This document shows positions 49,101-56,990 of a DNA stretch of 64,000 bases, piece by piece. The stretch's first letter is position 1. Each line of letters opens with the position of its first letter. The stretch covers positions 9,863-73,862 of the forward strand of contig JAZURE010000032.1 in NCBI GenBank assembly GCA_045606045.1. Direction: 5' to 3'. A program made the position numbers and the translations under genes. Source of the stretch: Clostridia bacterium. GTDB taxonomy: Bacteria > Bacillota > Clostridia > UMGS1810. Under the pieces are notes generated by a model that saw only the letters and a list, made by a program, of their open reading frames with translations, searched no databases and was not told the DNA's origin.

Positions 49101-49396
49101 AGGTAGCCCTCCCTTTCTACGAGGTTTCCCTCGCTATCAAACATAAGCCCGCTTGCTGTAGCAGGCTGTCCCTCGTGCTCTATAGCGTGGCACTCACGGC
49201 ATAGCAGCTCGAGGTTATCCTCCGAAAGCGTGATACTCGGGTTATCTATGTTGTGCGGTGTAAGGTGTATTTTGTGGTGTACTATTTCTCCAGGCTTACC
49301 ACACCGTACACATAGCCCCAGGTCGCGCTTAAATATATATTCCCTGGTATCTCTCCAGGTCTTGCTTAAATAAAACTTGCGTGCAAACTCTTGCAT
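49097..49396 (-). CDS. HNH endonuclease (terminase-associated)
   Basis: 99 aa with C..CG...(E)IVHHKIH....N......L..LC..CH. Confidence 0.85.
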   Translation of the reverse strand: MQEFARKFYLSKTWRDTREYIFKRDLGLCVRCGKPGEIVHHKIHLTPHNIDNPSITLSEDNLELLCRECHAIEHEGQPATASGLMFDSEGNLVEREGYL

Positions 49397-49556
49397 ATAA
49401 CAGCGTCCCGCCCTCTCCGCCGTAGTGAGTGTTATATCTACTCCCGATACAACGACAAAGCGAGCCGCTATTTGCAGCTCGCCTCAACCGTCTATTTCTA
49501 CGGTATCAGTATACAGCAGCAAAAAGCAAGTTTCTATACAGCCTTTTTTCAAATGC

Positions 49557-49997
49557 CTAAATTGAGGGTAGAGCCGAGGCTCCATAGTAGAGCAAAGCAA
49601 ACTCTGCTACAGCTTTATTTCGGAGGTTATAAACCGTAGTAAGCGACTCTACATAAAGCTCCTCCATAATAGCCTCTTTTGAGCGTTTCTCAACATACCA
49701 CAAAACGACGACTTTTTTATATTCCTCGTTAAGTTGGTCTATGATGTTTTCGAGCTCCGCGAGCTTGCGCTGCGTTTCCGCTATGTTTTTTGAGCACTCC
49801 GAAAGCTCTAAAAGCTCGTTTAGGGTGTCGCTTACATAGTGCGAGTCGGTAAAAGGCTTGTTATAGTCAATAGCCCCAGGCTCGCGCGGTTTTCCTTGCT
49901 CTATTAAGCGTTGCTCTCTTTTCTGCAAATTTTCTAACGCCTTTTTTAGCGTTGGTATCGAGCCGAGCACTTGCTCCGCCGCCTTAAAGTAGTTCAT
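49557..49997 (-). CDS. putative late-gene transcriptional activator (sigma-70 region-4-like, ArpU/RinA type)
   Basis: 146 aa with a C-terminal HTH-like region (VVVLWYVEKRSKEAIMEELYVESLTTVYNLRNKAVAEF), just upstream of the packaging module. Confidence 0.5.
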   Translation of the reverse strand: MNYFKAAEQVLGSIPTLKKALENLQKREQRLIEQGKPREPGAIDYNKPFTDSHYVSDTLNELLELSECSKNIAETQRKLAELENIIDQLNEEYKKVVVLWYVEKRSKEAIMEELYVESLTTVYNLRNKAVAEFALLYYGASALPSI

Positions 49998-50022
49998 AGC
50001 ATAACCTCCTCTCTGTTTTTTG

Positions 50023-50160
50023 CTAAAATGTTACTGTTACATTGAGCACCGCAGCAGCGAGCCAATATACAGCGCGTTTATAATCTTTGCCAATTACGCA
50101 CATAACCGCCGCGCCTACATCAAGCAAAATAAGCGCAACGGGGAAAATATACATAGACAT
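50023..50160 (-). CDS. small membrane protein (45 aa)
   Basis: The internal Met after an AAGGAGA RBS is preferred. The protein has two hydrophobic segments. Confidence 0.4.
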   Translation of the reverse strand: MSMYIFPVALILLDVGAAVMCVIGKDYKRAVYWLAAAVLNVTVTF

Positions 50161-50191
50161 TTTCGTTTTCTCCTTTCCCTGGGAGGCGTTT

Positions 50192-50971
50192 TTACTGTCG
50201 CTCATAATAACCTCGCTTTCTACTCCGTTTCGGAGTCGGCTTTTTATACATTTTGACGGTCAAATAATAGCCGCCGTTAATTTCGTTGTAGTACGGCTTA
50301 ACCTCTGCCAGGGAGTAACCCTCGTAGAGTCGCTCGAGCTCCTCGTGCATATCGTAGCCGCTGTCGTGAATTTCTTTGACTTTGTATTGCGGCAGCCTGC
50401 CGTCCCGCTCCGAGGTTTTAGGCTGCTCAAGGTTTCGACTTGCACACCAACGCTTGCCGAGTATAGGCTCCTTTATGAGATACTTTGCAATGCCGACTAT
50501 GCCGTACTCGTCAAACTGTAAAGGCTTTGCTGTCGTATAGCCTCGGCTCCATATTTCCGCAAGGGTGTTTATATCTACGCCGCCGCTCATAACGATATGG
50601 TGGTGCAGGCGTGCGCTTTTCTTGCCGATTTCGGTAACTGCGACATATTTTAAGTCGGGTAAACCGTTCTTTTTGCGGTACCGCTTGACTCTGCGGAGGA
50701 AATTTTGCATTTCTCTTTGTGCGTCCTCGGGAGAGCCTGGGTAGTTCTCGTCGCTGTATGTAAGGTCAAACCTTATGTCCTTTTTTGTAAAGTTTGTATT
50801 AAGCAAGCGTATTAACTTGCGCTCGGCGTTTCTTTGGTTAAGCCTTTTTTGAGTTTCCGAGGTCGGCTTACGCTTTTTGCTCCGTCCTCGCTGATATTCA
50901 AAAACGGGGAATATATCTACCTCCAAATACTCGCCGCAATAGTGTTTCTTTTCTCTGTATAGGCAACGCAT
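50192..50971 (-). CDS. HUH-superfamily rolling-circle replication initiator-like protein
   Basis: 259 aa with motif 1-like IRFDLTY, the HUH motif RLHHHIVM, and the Tyr motif GIAKYLIKE. Confidence 0.65.
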   Translation of the reverse strand: MRCLYREKKHYCGEYLEVDIFPVFEYQRGRSKKRKPTSETQKRLNQRNAERKLIRLLNTNFTKKDIRFDLTYSDENYPGSPEDAQREMQNFLRRVKRYRKKNGLPDLKYVAVTEIGKKSARLHHHIVMSGGVDINTLAEIWSRGYTTAKPLQFDEYGIVGIAKYLIKEPILGKRWCASRNLEQPKTSERDGRLPQYKVKEIHDSGYDMHEELERLYEGYSLAEVKPYYNEINGGYYLTVKMYKKPTPKRSRKRGYYERQ

Positions 50972-51283
50972 ATTTTAACCTCCGTGTATACTCTTGGGGC
51001 TCTGCCCCAAACCCCGAGGTTTAACGCTTTAGTTTTCCATAAGGGAATATTAAAAAGCAGCGGAGGAGGCAGGCTCATTTCCGCCCACTCTCATACGCTC
51101 ATACTAAAAACTCATAACGCGCTTATTTAGCATCTATCCTCTCTGCAAATAAAAGCATAGTTTCCTCGGTCTATATCTGCCAACAAAACAAGAGTATTAT
51201 ATTTTTGTCCCTCTCGGTTTTTGGTCGTTAAGTTATTATCCATTACGAGCCCAAAATACAAGAGGCTTTTTTCGCTCTTTCTA

Positions 51284-51312
51284 TTGACTTTTTGTTGCCT
51301 CTGTGCTATAAT
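51284..51312 (+). promoter_or_regulatory. near-consensus sigma-70-type promoter on the plus strand, opposing the early operon
   Basis: TTGACT, a 17-nt spacer, then TATAAT. Confidence 0.65.
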
Positions 51313-51318
51313 AATTAC

Positions 51319-51385
51319 AAGATGTTAAGCAACACAAAGGCGGTTGCTGCGGCTATCACTCGGGCGGAGTGGTAGCCGCTTTTTT
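51319..51385 (+). ncRNA. candidate small RNA of about 65 nt (countertranscript-like)
   Basis: It starts about 7 nt after the -10. It ends in an 11-bp stem GCGGCTATCAC/GTGGTAGCCGC (51349..51379) followed by TTTTTT. Confidence 0.5.
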
Positions 51386-51837
51386 CATTTAATAAATTGC
51401 CAGGATTGAGGCGGGCGGGTTATGCCAAAGTCCGAAAGAGGGCGAGGCTTTGCAAACCTCGTAGGATTGCTTACTACATAGGCGTAAACATCTTTGCCGC
51501 CTGCATACGCTACGAGCTGCTCCTCGGTAAGACAAGCTCTCTTTGCTATTTCTGCGCGAGCTGCTGCCTCCTCGGGTGTATTGCTCTTGTGTAGAGCCGC
51601 TCCGAAAGCGTCAGTTTTTATAATTACATTACAAGTATAAAAGCCTACTACAGCTCCCGCTCCAGGAAACAACACGCCTCCCGAGCCTTTATATAGGTGC
51701 TTTGTTTCATACATATATATAGTATAAGGAAACGCACCGCCGCTCGGGGCTGTTTTCCTCATTTCGTAGCCCTTGAGCTCTTTTAAGATGTTCTCGGCGT
51801 GTTCGTGGTGTATTGATTGCATTATTACGCTGCTCAT
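51385..51837 (-). CDS. ASCH (PUA-like) domain protein
   Basis: 150 aa. The N-terminal SIHHEHAENILKELKGYEMRK region resembles the ASCH domain start. Confidence 0.5.
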   Translation of the reverse strand: MSSVIMQSIHHEHAENILKELKGYEMRKTAPSGGAFPYTIYMYETKHLYKGSGGVLFPGAGAVVGFYTCNVIIKTDAFGAALHKSNTPEEAAARAEIAKRACLTEEQLVAYAGGKDVYAYVVSNPTRFAKPRPLSDFGITRPPQSWQFIK

Positions 51838-52484
51838 TTTTTACCCTCCGAGGCTGCCTTGTACTCTGCCGCTTTGGTTAATACTTTTATAGAGTAGCTC
51901 GTTTCGTATACGCCTTTGTCCCAAAGGACGGAGGCTCCGTATTCTCCCATATTGTACGCCATACATACCCTTGAGGGCTCGTCGTACTTTTCAAACAATC
52001 GGCGGAGGATATAAAGCCCGCCGCGTATGTTTTGGTAAGGCTCTGTAAAATCAGTAATACCCAGGGCGGAGGAGAGCTCCGCGTGGTTGCATTTGTTTAT
52101 CTGCATTAAGCCGCTATCATTTGTCCCGCTCACTATATCGGGCTCAAACTTTGACTCTGTATACATAACCGCCATTACAAACTCAAAGTCGAGGTAGTAC
52201 GCCTCGCATAAATAATAGGTAAACTCTTGCAGCTCGACGGGTAAATCGCACTCGAGAGGCTCAAAGCCTGCCGCCATTTCATAGCTAAAGGTCGTCCCGC
52301 CTTTTTCTGTTATGTATCTACCGTCGCGGGTACCGTACCGCTCCGACGAGCCCGAGCTGCGCGGAGTAGCCGCCGCAACGATAATACCGCCAATAATGGC
52401 TCCTACCAGGAATATACATATAATAAAGGTAATAATCTGTCGCTGCGCTTTTCTACGCTGCGGTCTTTTTGTTTGATGTGTCAT
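51834..52484 (-). CDS. membrane-anchored lytic transglycosylase (SLT domain)
   Basis: 216 aa with an N-terminal TM helix and SLT motifs: YTESKF (catalytic Glu-Ser), GLMQIN and AYNMG. Confidence 0.8.
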   Translation of the reverse strand: MTHQTKRPQRRKAQRQIITFIICIFLVGAIIGGIIVAAATPRSSGSSERYGTRDGRYITEKGGTTFSYEMAAGFEPLECDLPVELQEFTYYLCEAYYLDFEFVMAVMYTESKFEPDIVSGTNDSGLMQINKCNHAELSSALGITDFTEPYQNIRGGLYILRRLFEKYDEPSRVCMAYNMGEYGASVLWDKGVYETSYSIKVLTKAAEYKAASEGKK

Positions 52485-52495
52485 AGGTTAACCTC

Positions 52496-53095
52496 CTAAA
52501 ATTCTATTTCGCGGAGGTCTATTCCGCCTGCGGTTTTTAACCTCTCGTAAACGCCTTTTAATTCGTGCACAAAAAACCTTGCGCGCTGCTCTGTGCTGCC
52601 GTCCTCTCCTAAATGATGTAAAAACTCATTTTTTGCTAAACAAGCAGGCTTTAATACCGCCTTTAGTGGCTCGCCCTCCGAAAGACATATTTTTAGAATT
52701 TGAGCAAGCGTTTTTCCTGCGCGGCGGGCAAATTTTATATCCGCGCCGTATTCTTTGCCGTTCAGTATGTACTCTTTTTGCCAATCAAAGAGGGAAAAGC
52801 CGAGCACTTGCTCTACCTTTTTTATTGTCCTCTCCTGGCGGGCTTGTTTCTCTTTTAAGAGGGTATCTCTTTCAAGGCGTATTTGTTCTATAGCCGCCGT
52901 TTCGTCTACAAAGCAAAAGTCTACTCTTTTTCCGTCGTCTTTCCTCGTAGTGTCAAGCTCAATAACTAAAGGCTCTTTGTATCTCTCGTCGAGTAATAAA
53001 ACGCCCTCGTTTATCATTCGGTGTAGGTGTATAAGCATTAAATTTTTACACTCTTCCGAAATAAGAGCTTTTAACTGTAAAATAATCAGTTTCAC
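52496..53095 (-). CDS. hypothetical protein
   Basis: 199-aa ORF in the early region. Confidence 0.5.
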   Translation of the reverse strand: MKLIILQLKALISEECKNLMLIHLHRMINEGVLLLDERYKEPLVIELDTTRKDDGKRVDFCFVDETAAIEQIRLERDTLLKEKQARQERTIKKVEQVLGFSLFDWQKEYILNGKEYGADIKFARRAGKTLAQILKICLSEGEPLKAVLKPACLAKNEFLHHLGEDGSTEQRARFFVHELKGVYERLKTAGGIDLREIEF

Positions 53096-53289
53096 AATAT
53101 AACCTCCTTAACTCTTGACGCGTCCGCAATAATTACGCTGTTGCAGTTTTTGTCTAATAGCTCCGCCTGCAAAAGCAGCTTGCCCTCTCGCAGCCGATAA
53201 ATTATAGCGGAAACACATTTATAAATAATACCGTTATGCTCTACTTGGCAGCCGCTAAATAGAGCGTTTTTAATTTCCTCATTTGTCAT
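53092..53289 (-). CDS. hypothetical protein
   Basis: 65-aa ORF with an overlapping stop/start with the neighbouring gene. Confidence 0.4.
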   Translation of the reverse strand: MTNEEIKNALFSGCQVEHNGIIYKCVSAIIYRLREGKLLLQAELLDKNCNSVIIADASRVKEVIL

Positions 53290-53379
53290 ATAGCCGCTCC
53301 CGTTCCTTATTTCTTTTTATTACTTATAAGCACTAAAGTAATAAGCGTAGCGCATATAATAAGGGTAATAATTACTCCG

Positions 53380-53613
53380 TTACTCATTGTCTACCTCCTC
53401 AATATCATAGTCCCAGGATAAATTAGCGCACGATTTCGCCAGGCGTTCCGCTGCGTTTTCGGCTCTTTTTTTGCTTGTGTATTTCTTTGCCTGCTCGCGC
53501 TGCGAGCCCGCTACAGCCGCGTATCTTTCTCCGAGTACGCTGTATGTGCCTCCCGAGATATACTCGGGAGGGCTGCCGTCGTTATATTTGAATTTGATAA
53601 TGTATTTACTCAT
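53380..53613 (-). CDS. hypothetical protein
   Basis: 77-aa ORF. Confidence 0.4.
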   Translation of the reverse strand: MSKYIIKFKYNDGSPPEYISGGTYSVLGERYAAVAGSQREQAKKYTSKKRAENAAERLAKSCANLSWDYDIEEVDNE

Positions 53614-53626
53614 TTGTCGCCTCCTA

Positions 53627-53642
53627 TGCGCCTAACGGCGCA
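53627..53642 (-). promoter_or_regulatory. GC-rich hairpin downstream of VR2 (DGR homing hairpin candidate)
   Basis: TGCGCC-TAAC-GGCGCA: 6-bp stem, 4-nt loop, 29 nt from the VR2 end. Confidence 0.65.
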
Positions 53643-53644
53643 GA

Positions 53645-54334
53645 TTACTTAAAGATTGAGGGATTGAAAATACAAGCGGGGGCGACTCCGTAAGCACAGT
53701 GCGCGTTGTAGTTGCCCAACGCTCCCGAGGTATTCACAATGCGCTCGCTGTACGCGTACCCAGGGGTGCAGCTCCAGGGTGTTATAGTCCATACCCAGGT
53801 ATCGTATTTAGGCACGAAAGCTCTATACTTTCTGTAAAGGTCGTCCGAAAGCAAAGCGATAAAGTCCTCGGAGGTACCGTAGCTCTTGTCGCCGTTGTCC
53901 GCTGTTAAGTCGGAAATAATCGGTATAAGGTCGCCCTTGTCAAAATTCTTTATGTATTCCTCGTTAAGGAATTTGCGGAGGGTAGAGCTGCGCCAATCGT
54001 TGCAGCAGTTCTCGTCGTAAGGCATTTCGGGCTCGAGCCTCTTTGCCGCTACAGCAAGTACGCCGCCCTGCTTATAGCCCAGGGCTACAAACTCCATACC
54101 GTTATAATTAAAGTGCTCGCCCGCCGTTGGTATCTTGTCGCTTATAGGCTCGGGCTTGCCCTCTCCGTTCTCCTGGTCGTCCTCGTATTCGTCCTCATAC
54201 TCCGCAGGGGTAAAAATGCCTGCAAAAGCGAGGGAAACAACCGCCTCGGCTCTTTTCTTGTTGTCCTCGGGGTTTGGGTTGGTCGCTATGTCGTCGCAAA
54301 GGGACTCTATAGCTGTTAAAATGCTGCTGTTCAT
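53645..54334 (-). CDS. DGR target 2: small acidic protein with a C-terminal CLec-type variable domain, no signal peptide seen
   Basis: 229 aa with an acidic linker (EYEDEYEDDQENGEGKPEP). The C-terminus ...WSCTPGYAYSERIVNTSGALGNYNAHCAYGVAPACIFNPSIFK contains VR2. Confidence 0.8.
   Translation of the reverse strand: MNSSILTAIESLCDDIATNPNPEDNKKRAEAVVSLAFAGIFTPAEYEDEYEDDQENGEGKPEPISDKIPTAGEHFNYNGMEFVALGYKQGGVLAVAAKRLEPEMPYDENCCNDWRSSTLRKFLNEEYIKNFDKGDLIPIISDLTADNGDKSYGTSEDFIALLSDDLYRKYRAFVPKYDTWVWTITPWSCTPGYAYSERIVNTSGALGNYNAHCAYGVAPACIFNPSIFK
53672..53767 (-). repeat. DGR variable repeat 2 (VR2), remote from the cassette
   Basis: 96 bp collinear with TR 31091..31186, with 13 mismatches, all at TR adenines. 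Confidence 0.88.
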
Positions 54335-54346
54335 AAATTAACCTCC

Positions 54347-54799
54347 TTAAATATTCTCGTATGTATCTACGAGCTTTTGTAATTCTGCAAAAAGCGGAGC
54401 TATTGCTCGCTTGTTCTGCCTTGCATTAAGTAGCTGCTTTCCCAGGGCATAGAAAGCGGATAGCTCCCGCTCCGTAGCTTTTGCCTGCTCAACAGCCTTT
54501 CGGGCGTTCTTAACCTCTGTACGGGCTGCCCTCATTTCGTCAAACTCTTTTGCCGAGAGCTGCACGCTTGCCGTTACGCCTTTTGCTTTGCCTCCGCCTC
54601 TTAAATGGTATAGACGGTTGCGCGTTGCGTCCTGGGAGCGGTTGAGCTCCTCGGCGAGCTGCGAAATAAACTTGCGCTCTTTTTGGTACCCGCGCAGCAG
54701 CAGCTCGTCCTCCTCGGGAGTCCAGGCTCCCGTCTTAACCGCTGCCCGCTCGGGTGTAAATTCGTGCCCGCATTGCGGACATTTTACAGCTTTACACAT
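54347..54799 (-). CDS. zinc-ribbon plus Myb/SANT-like HTH protein
   Basis: 150 aa with an N-terminal CPQCGHEF motif followed by WTPEEDELLLRGY. Confidence 0.45.
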   Translation of the reverse strand: MCKAVKCPQCGHEFTPERAAVKTGAWTPEEDELLLRGYQKERKFISQLAEELNRSQDATRNRLYHLRGGGKAKGVTASVQLSAKEFDEMRAARTEVKNARKAVEQAKATERELSAFYALGKQLLNARQNKRAIAPLFAELQKLVDTYENI

Positions 54800-54977
54800 T
54801 TTTTAATTCCTCCCGTATATTTCTCTTTATGGTCTGCAAACAATCCTCCCCAGGCTCACGCATACAGCCTTGCGTATCTCCGAGCATAAAGGAGCAAGGG
54901 CAGATGTCGCAATCATTGCCGTCGCTTGTCATTTCAAAAATTATTTCTGCGACTCTTTGCAATTCTTTTTCGTTCAT
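54792..54977 (-). CDS. small Cys-rich hypothetical protein
   Basis: 61-aa ORF. Confidence 0.4.
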   Translation of the reverse strand: MNEKELQRVAEIIFEMTSDGNDCDICPCSFMLGDTQGCMREPGEDCLQTIKRNIREELKNV

Positions 54978-55927
54978 TGCGCGAGCCTCCTTTGTTTGTG
55001 TAGTGATAATTGCTCGCTAAAAAAGCTACTAATATTAAAATTGTTGTTTCTTATTTGAAAAGCGTCGCCACATTGCACAATGTCGGGGTAATTATCATTA
55101 GCAACGAGCATAGCGTGCTTGTCTATCTCGTAAGCGTAATACTCTACATTAGTAAAGCCCATTTTATCCAGGCAATAGCGGCCCGTACCTATACCGTCGT
55201 ACATTGATACGACTACTATTTTTTCGTTGCGGGGCACATTTCCAAGTGCGCCATTAAGAATATGTATAATAATTTCTGCCGTCCAACCGTTACCCGTGCC
55301 GTTGTATCGTTGGCTGTCGCTTACAGCTTTTGTATAGTTGTCGGGTAGCGTTTGCAAGCGTTCATATTCTATCGGTGTTAATTTTCTCGGTATGCCGTTT
55401 TGCATTACCTTTTTAACGCGGTGTCCGCCTCCTCCGTCGCAAGTAAGAGTAGGCGATTTGTAGTTGATGTTGTGTACGCGCTTTATAATATCCATTGCTT
55501 TAATATCCATTAAAGCGCATACTGCTTTATCGTCGCCGAGAGGCGTAAAAGGTGTATTTGTATACCAATATTTTGACGGTACCTCCGAGGCGGGTAACAA
55601 TATGTCTTTTAGGACGAGTCCTCTTTCTTTTGGTTGTTCAACCGTCCAATTAAAACCGTAAAACCGCTTCCGATTTTGAGCAGATAATAAAGAGCTGTTT
55701 ATGTGCATAAGTTCAGTATTGAGCTCGTAGCTTATTTGCTCTTTGATTGCTTGAGCTGCAGACTCGTTATTTTCGTATAAGAAAAGGTCGGGCTTGAATT
55801 TTTCTTTTGCTATTAAGTAATTTTTGAATAGTTCCCAACCGAGCCCGCTTGCCGTTGTTTCTCTGTCTTTTGCGCGAGCTACGCTCCAATGAGTGCAAGG
55901 GCTGCCGCCTATCAAAATTCTAATCAT
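54974..55927 (-). CDS. DNA (cytosine-5)-methyltransferase with apparently circularly permuted motif order (IV-X then I-III)
   Basis: 317 aa. Motifs in order: GGSPCTHWS (IV) at residues 7-15, FLYENN (VI), QNRKRFYG (VIII), LTPIEYERLQTLPDNYT and GNGWTAEII (IX/X), then VVSMYDGIGTG (I), YAYEIDKHA (II) and GDAFQI (III) at the C-terminus. Confidence 0.7.
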   Translation of the reverse strand: MIRILIGGSPCTHWSVARAKDRETTASGLGWELFKNYLIAKEKFKPDLFLYENNESAAQAIKEQISYELNTELMHINSSLLSAQNRKRFYGFNWTVEQPKERGLVLKDILLPASEVPSKYWYTNTPFTPLGDDKAVCALMDIKAMDIIKRVHNINYKSPTLTCDGGGGHRVKKVMQNGIPRKLTPIEYERLQTLPDNYTKAVSDSQRYNGTGNGWTAEIIIHILNGALGNVPRNEKIVVVSMYDGIGTGRYCLDKMGFTNVEYYAYEIDKHAMLVANDNYPDIVQCGDAFQIRNNNFNISSFFSEQLSLHKQRRLAQ

Positions 55928-56724
55928 AAAATATCCTCCTCGATATAATCAAATAAGGTAAGCTGTTCGTAGTGTGGAGTAGCTATATAAGCGTCTACCT
56001 TTGCGGAAATTTCCTTGAAAGTTTGTCCGTACTTAAAGCCCTCCGATACCTTGTTAGGTACGCCGTCGAAAATAACGAGCTCCTCCCATAATTCGGGGTG
56101 GTTAGTCTTTAGGTAGGCAAATTCTTTTATAGTTTGATTAGGACAAAACCAACAGCCGCCACGCTTTGCAAACTTGTATGTAGGAGAGATAAGGTTGTAA
56201 GGTCTTAAAATGTCGTATGTTTGCTCCTCTATAATTCCTTGTTGCTCAAGTAGGGAAATTTGCCCTTTTTTATGAACGCGCTCGAGTCTTTCAGGCTCGT
56301 CGGCAGCTATGCCGATATATTCCTGGTATTCTCTGTCCAACGATTTAAGATAGCGTTTCATTGGGTTTACTTTTTCTCTGTTCAAAACGCACATACCTCC
56401 GAGGAGCCAGGCTGCAAGTTTTCCCTTTCTTTCCGCTTTGCGGGGGTTTTCAATCGGGCGGTAGAAATTATAAACATAATCTCTTTCGCCCTCGACTACT
56501 TTAACCTTGTAACCCCAGGACTCAAAAAGCGGTATTGCGTGATTAAATATCCACTCTATTACCTCCGGATATTCGGCGTATATGCCCCGTTTTTTGTCAA
56601 ACCATATTAAAGAAATAATAATAAGGTCTATAGGTATTCCGAGTTCGTGAGCTAATACTATAGTCGCTGTAGAGTCTTTGCCGCCGCTCCAACATATAAT
56701 ATTTAGCTTTGTTTCGGTACTCAT
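55924..56724 (-). CDS. PAPS-reductase-family (PP-loop ATP pyrophosphatase) protein
   Basis: 266 aa with the PP-loop motif WSGGKDS and a C-terminal GGCWFCP motif. Confidence 0.75.
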   Translation of the reverse strand: MSTETKLNIICWSGGKDSTATIVLAHELGIPIDLIIISLIWFDKKRGIYAEYPEVIEWIFNHAIPLFESWGYKVKVVEGERDYVYNFYRPIENPRKAERKGKLAAWLLGGMCVLNREKVNPMKRYLKSLDREYQEYIGIAADEPERLERVHKKGQISLLEQQGIIEEQTYDILRPYNLISPTYKFAKRGGCWFCPNQTIKEFAYLKTNHPELWEELVIFDGVPNKVSEGFKYGQTFKEISAKVDAYIATPHYEQLTLFDYIEEDIL

Positions 56725-56960
56725 AATGCTTTTAGCACATCATTTGCAATAGCTCTTTCGCTGTCGGCTGTTATGCAAACTCTGCGCTTATAACCATTTT
56801 TATACAGAATAACGCAAAACTCGTCGCGGGTACCTTCGTTGTATTCATAAGAGAGGGACTCTACGCCGTCGTCGAGTCTTTTTATAAACGGCTGCAAGCT
56901 AAACTCGATAAAATCGCTTTTTTCTATAAAAGGTATAGAAAAACATTGCTCTCTACTCAT
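56721..56960 (-). CDS. hypothetical protein
   Basis: 79-aa ORF. Its initiation region is identical over 27 bp to that of the transposase gene. Confidence 0.45.
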   Translation of the reverse strand: MSREQCFSIPFIEKSDFIEFSLQPFIKRLDDGVESLSYEYNEGTRDEFCVILYKNGYKRRVCITADSERAIANDVLKAL

Positions 56961-56982
56961 AATAAAATCACTCCGTTTTATT
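56956..56982. repeat. 27-bp direct repeat covering a translation initiation region (copy 2)
   Basis: Identical to 25692..25718. Confidence 0.85.
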
Positions 56983-56990
56983 TATATTTT

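Noticed and set aside
51322-51375. 17-codon leaderless-type ORF (MLSNTKAVAAAITRAEW) inside the candidate sRNA. It was considered as a communication or micro-peptide gene.
   Set aside because: There is no RBS and no signal sequence, and half of the ORF forms the terminator stem. It is kept only as a note under the sRNA finding.
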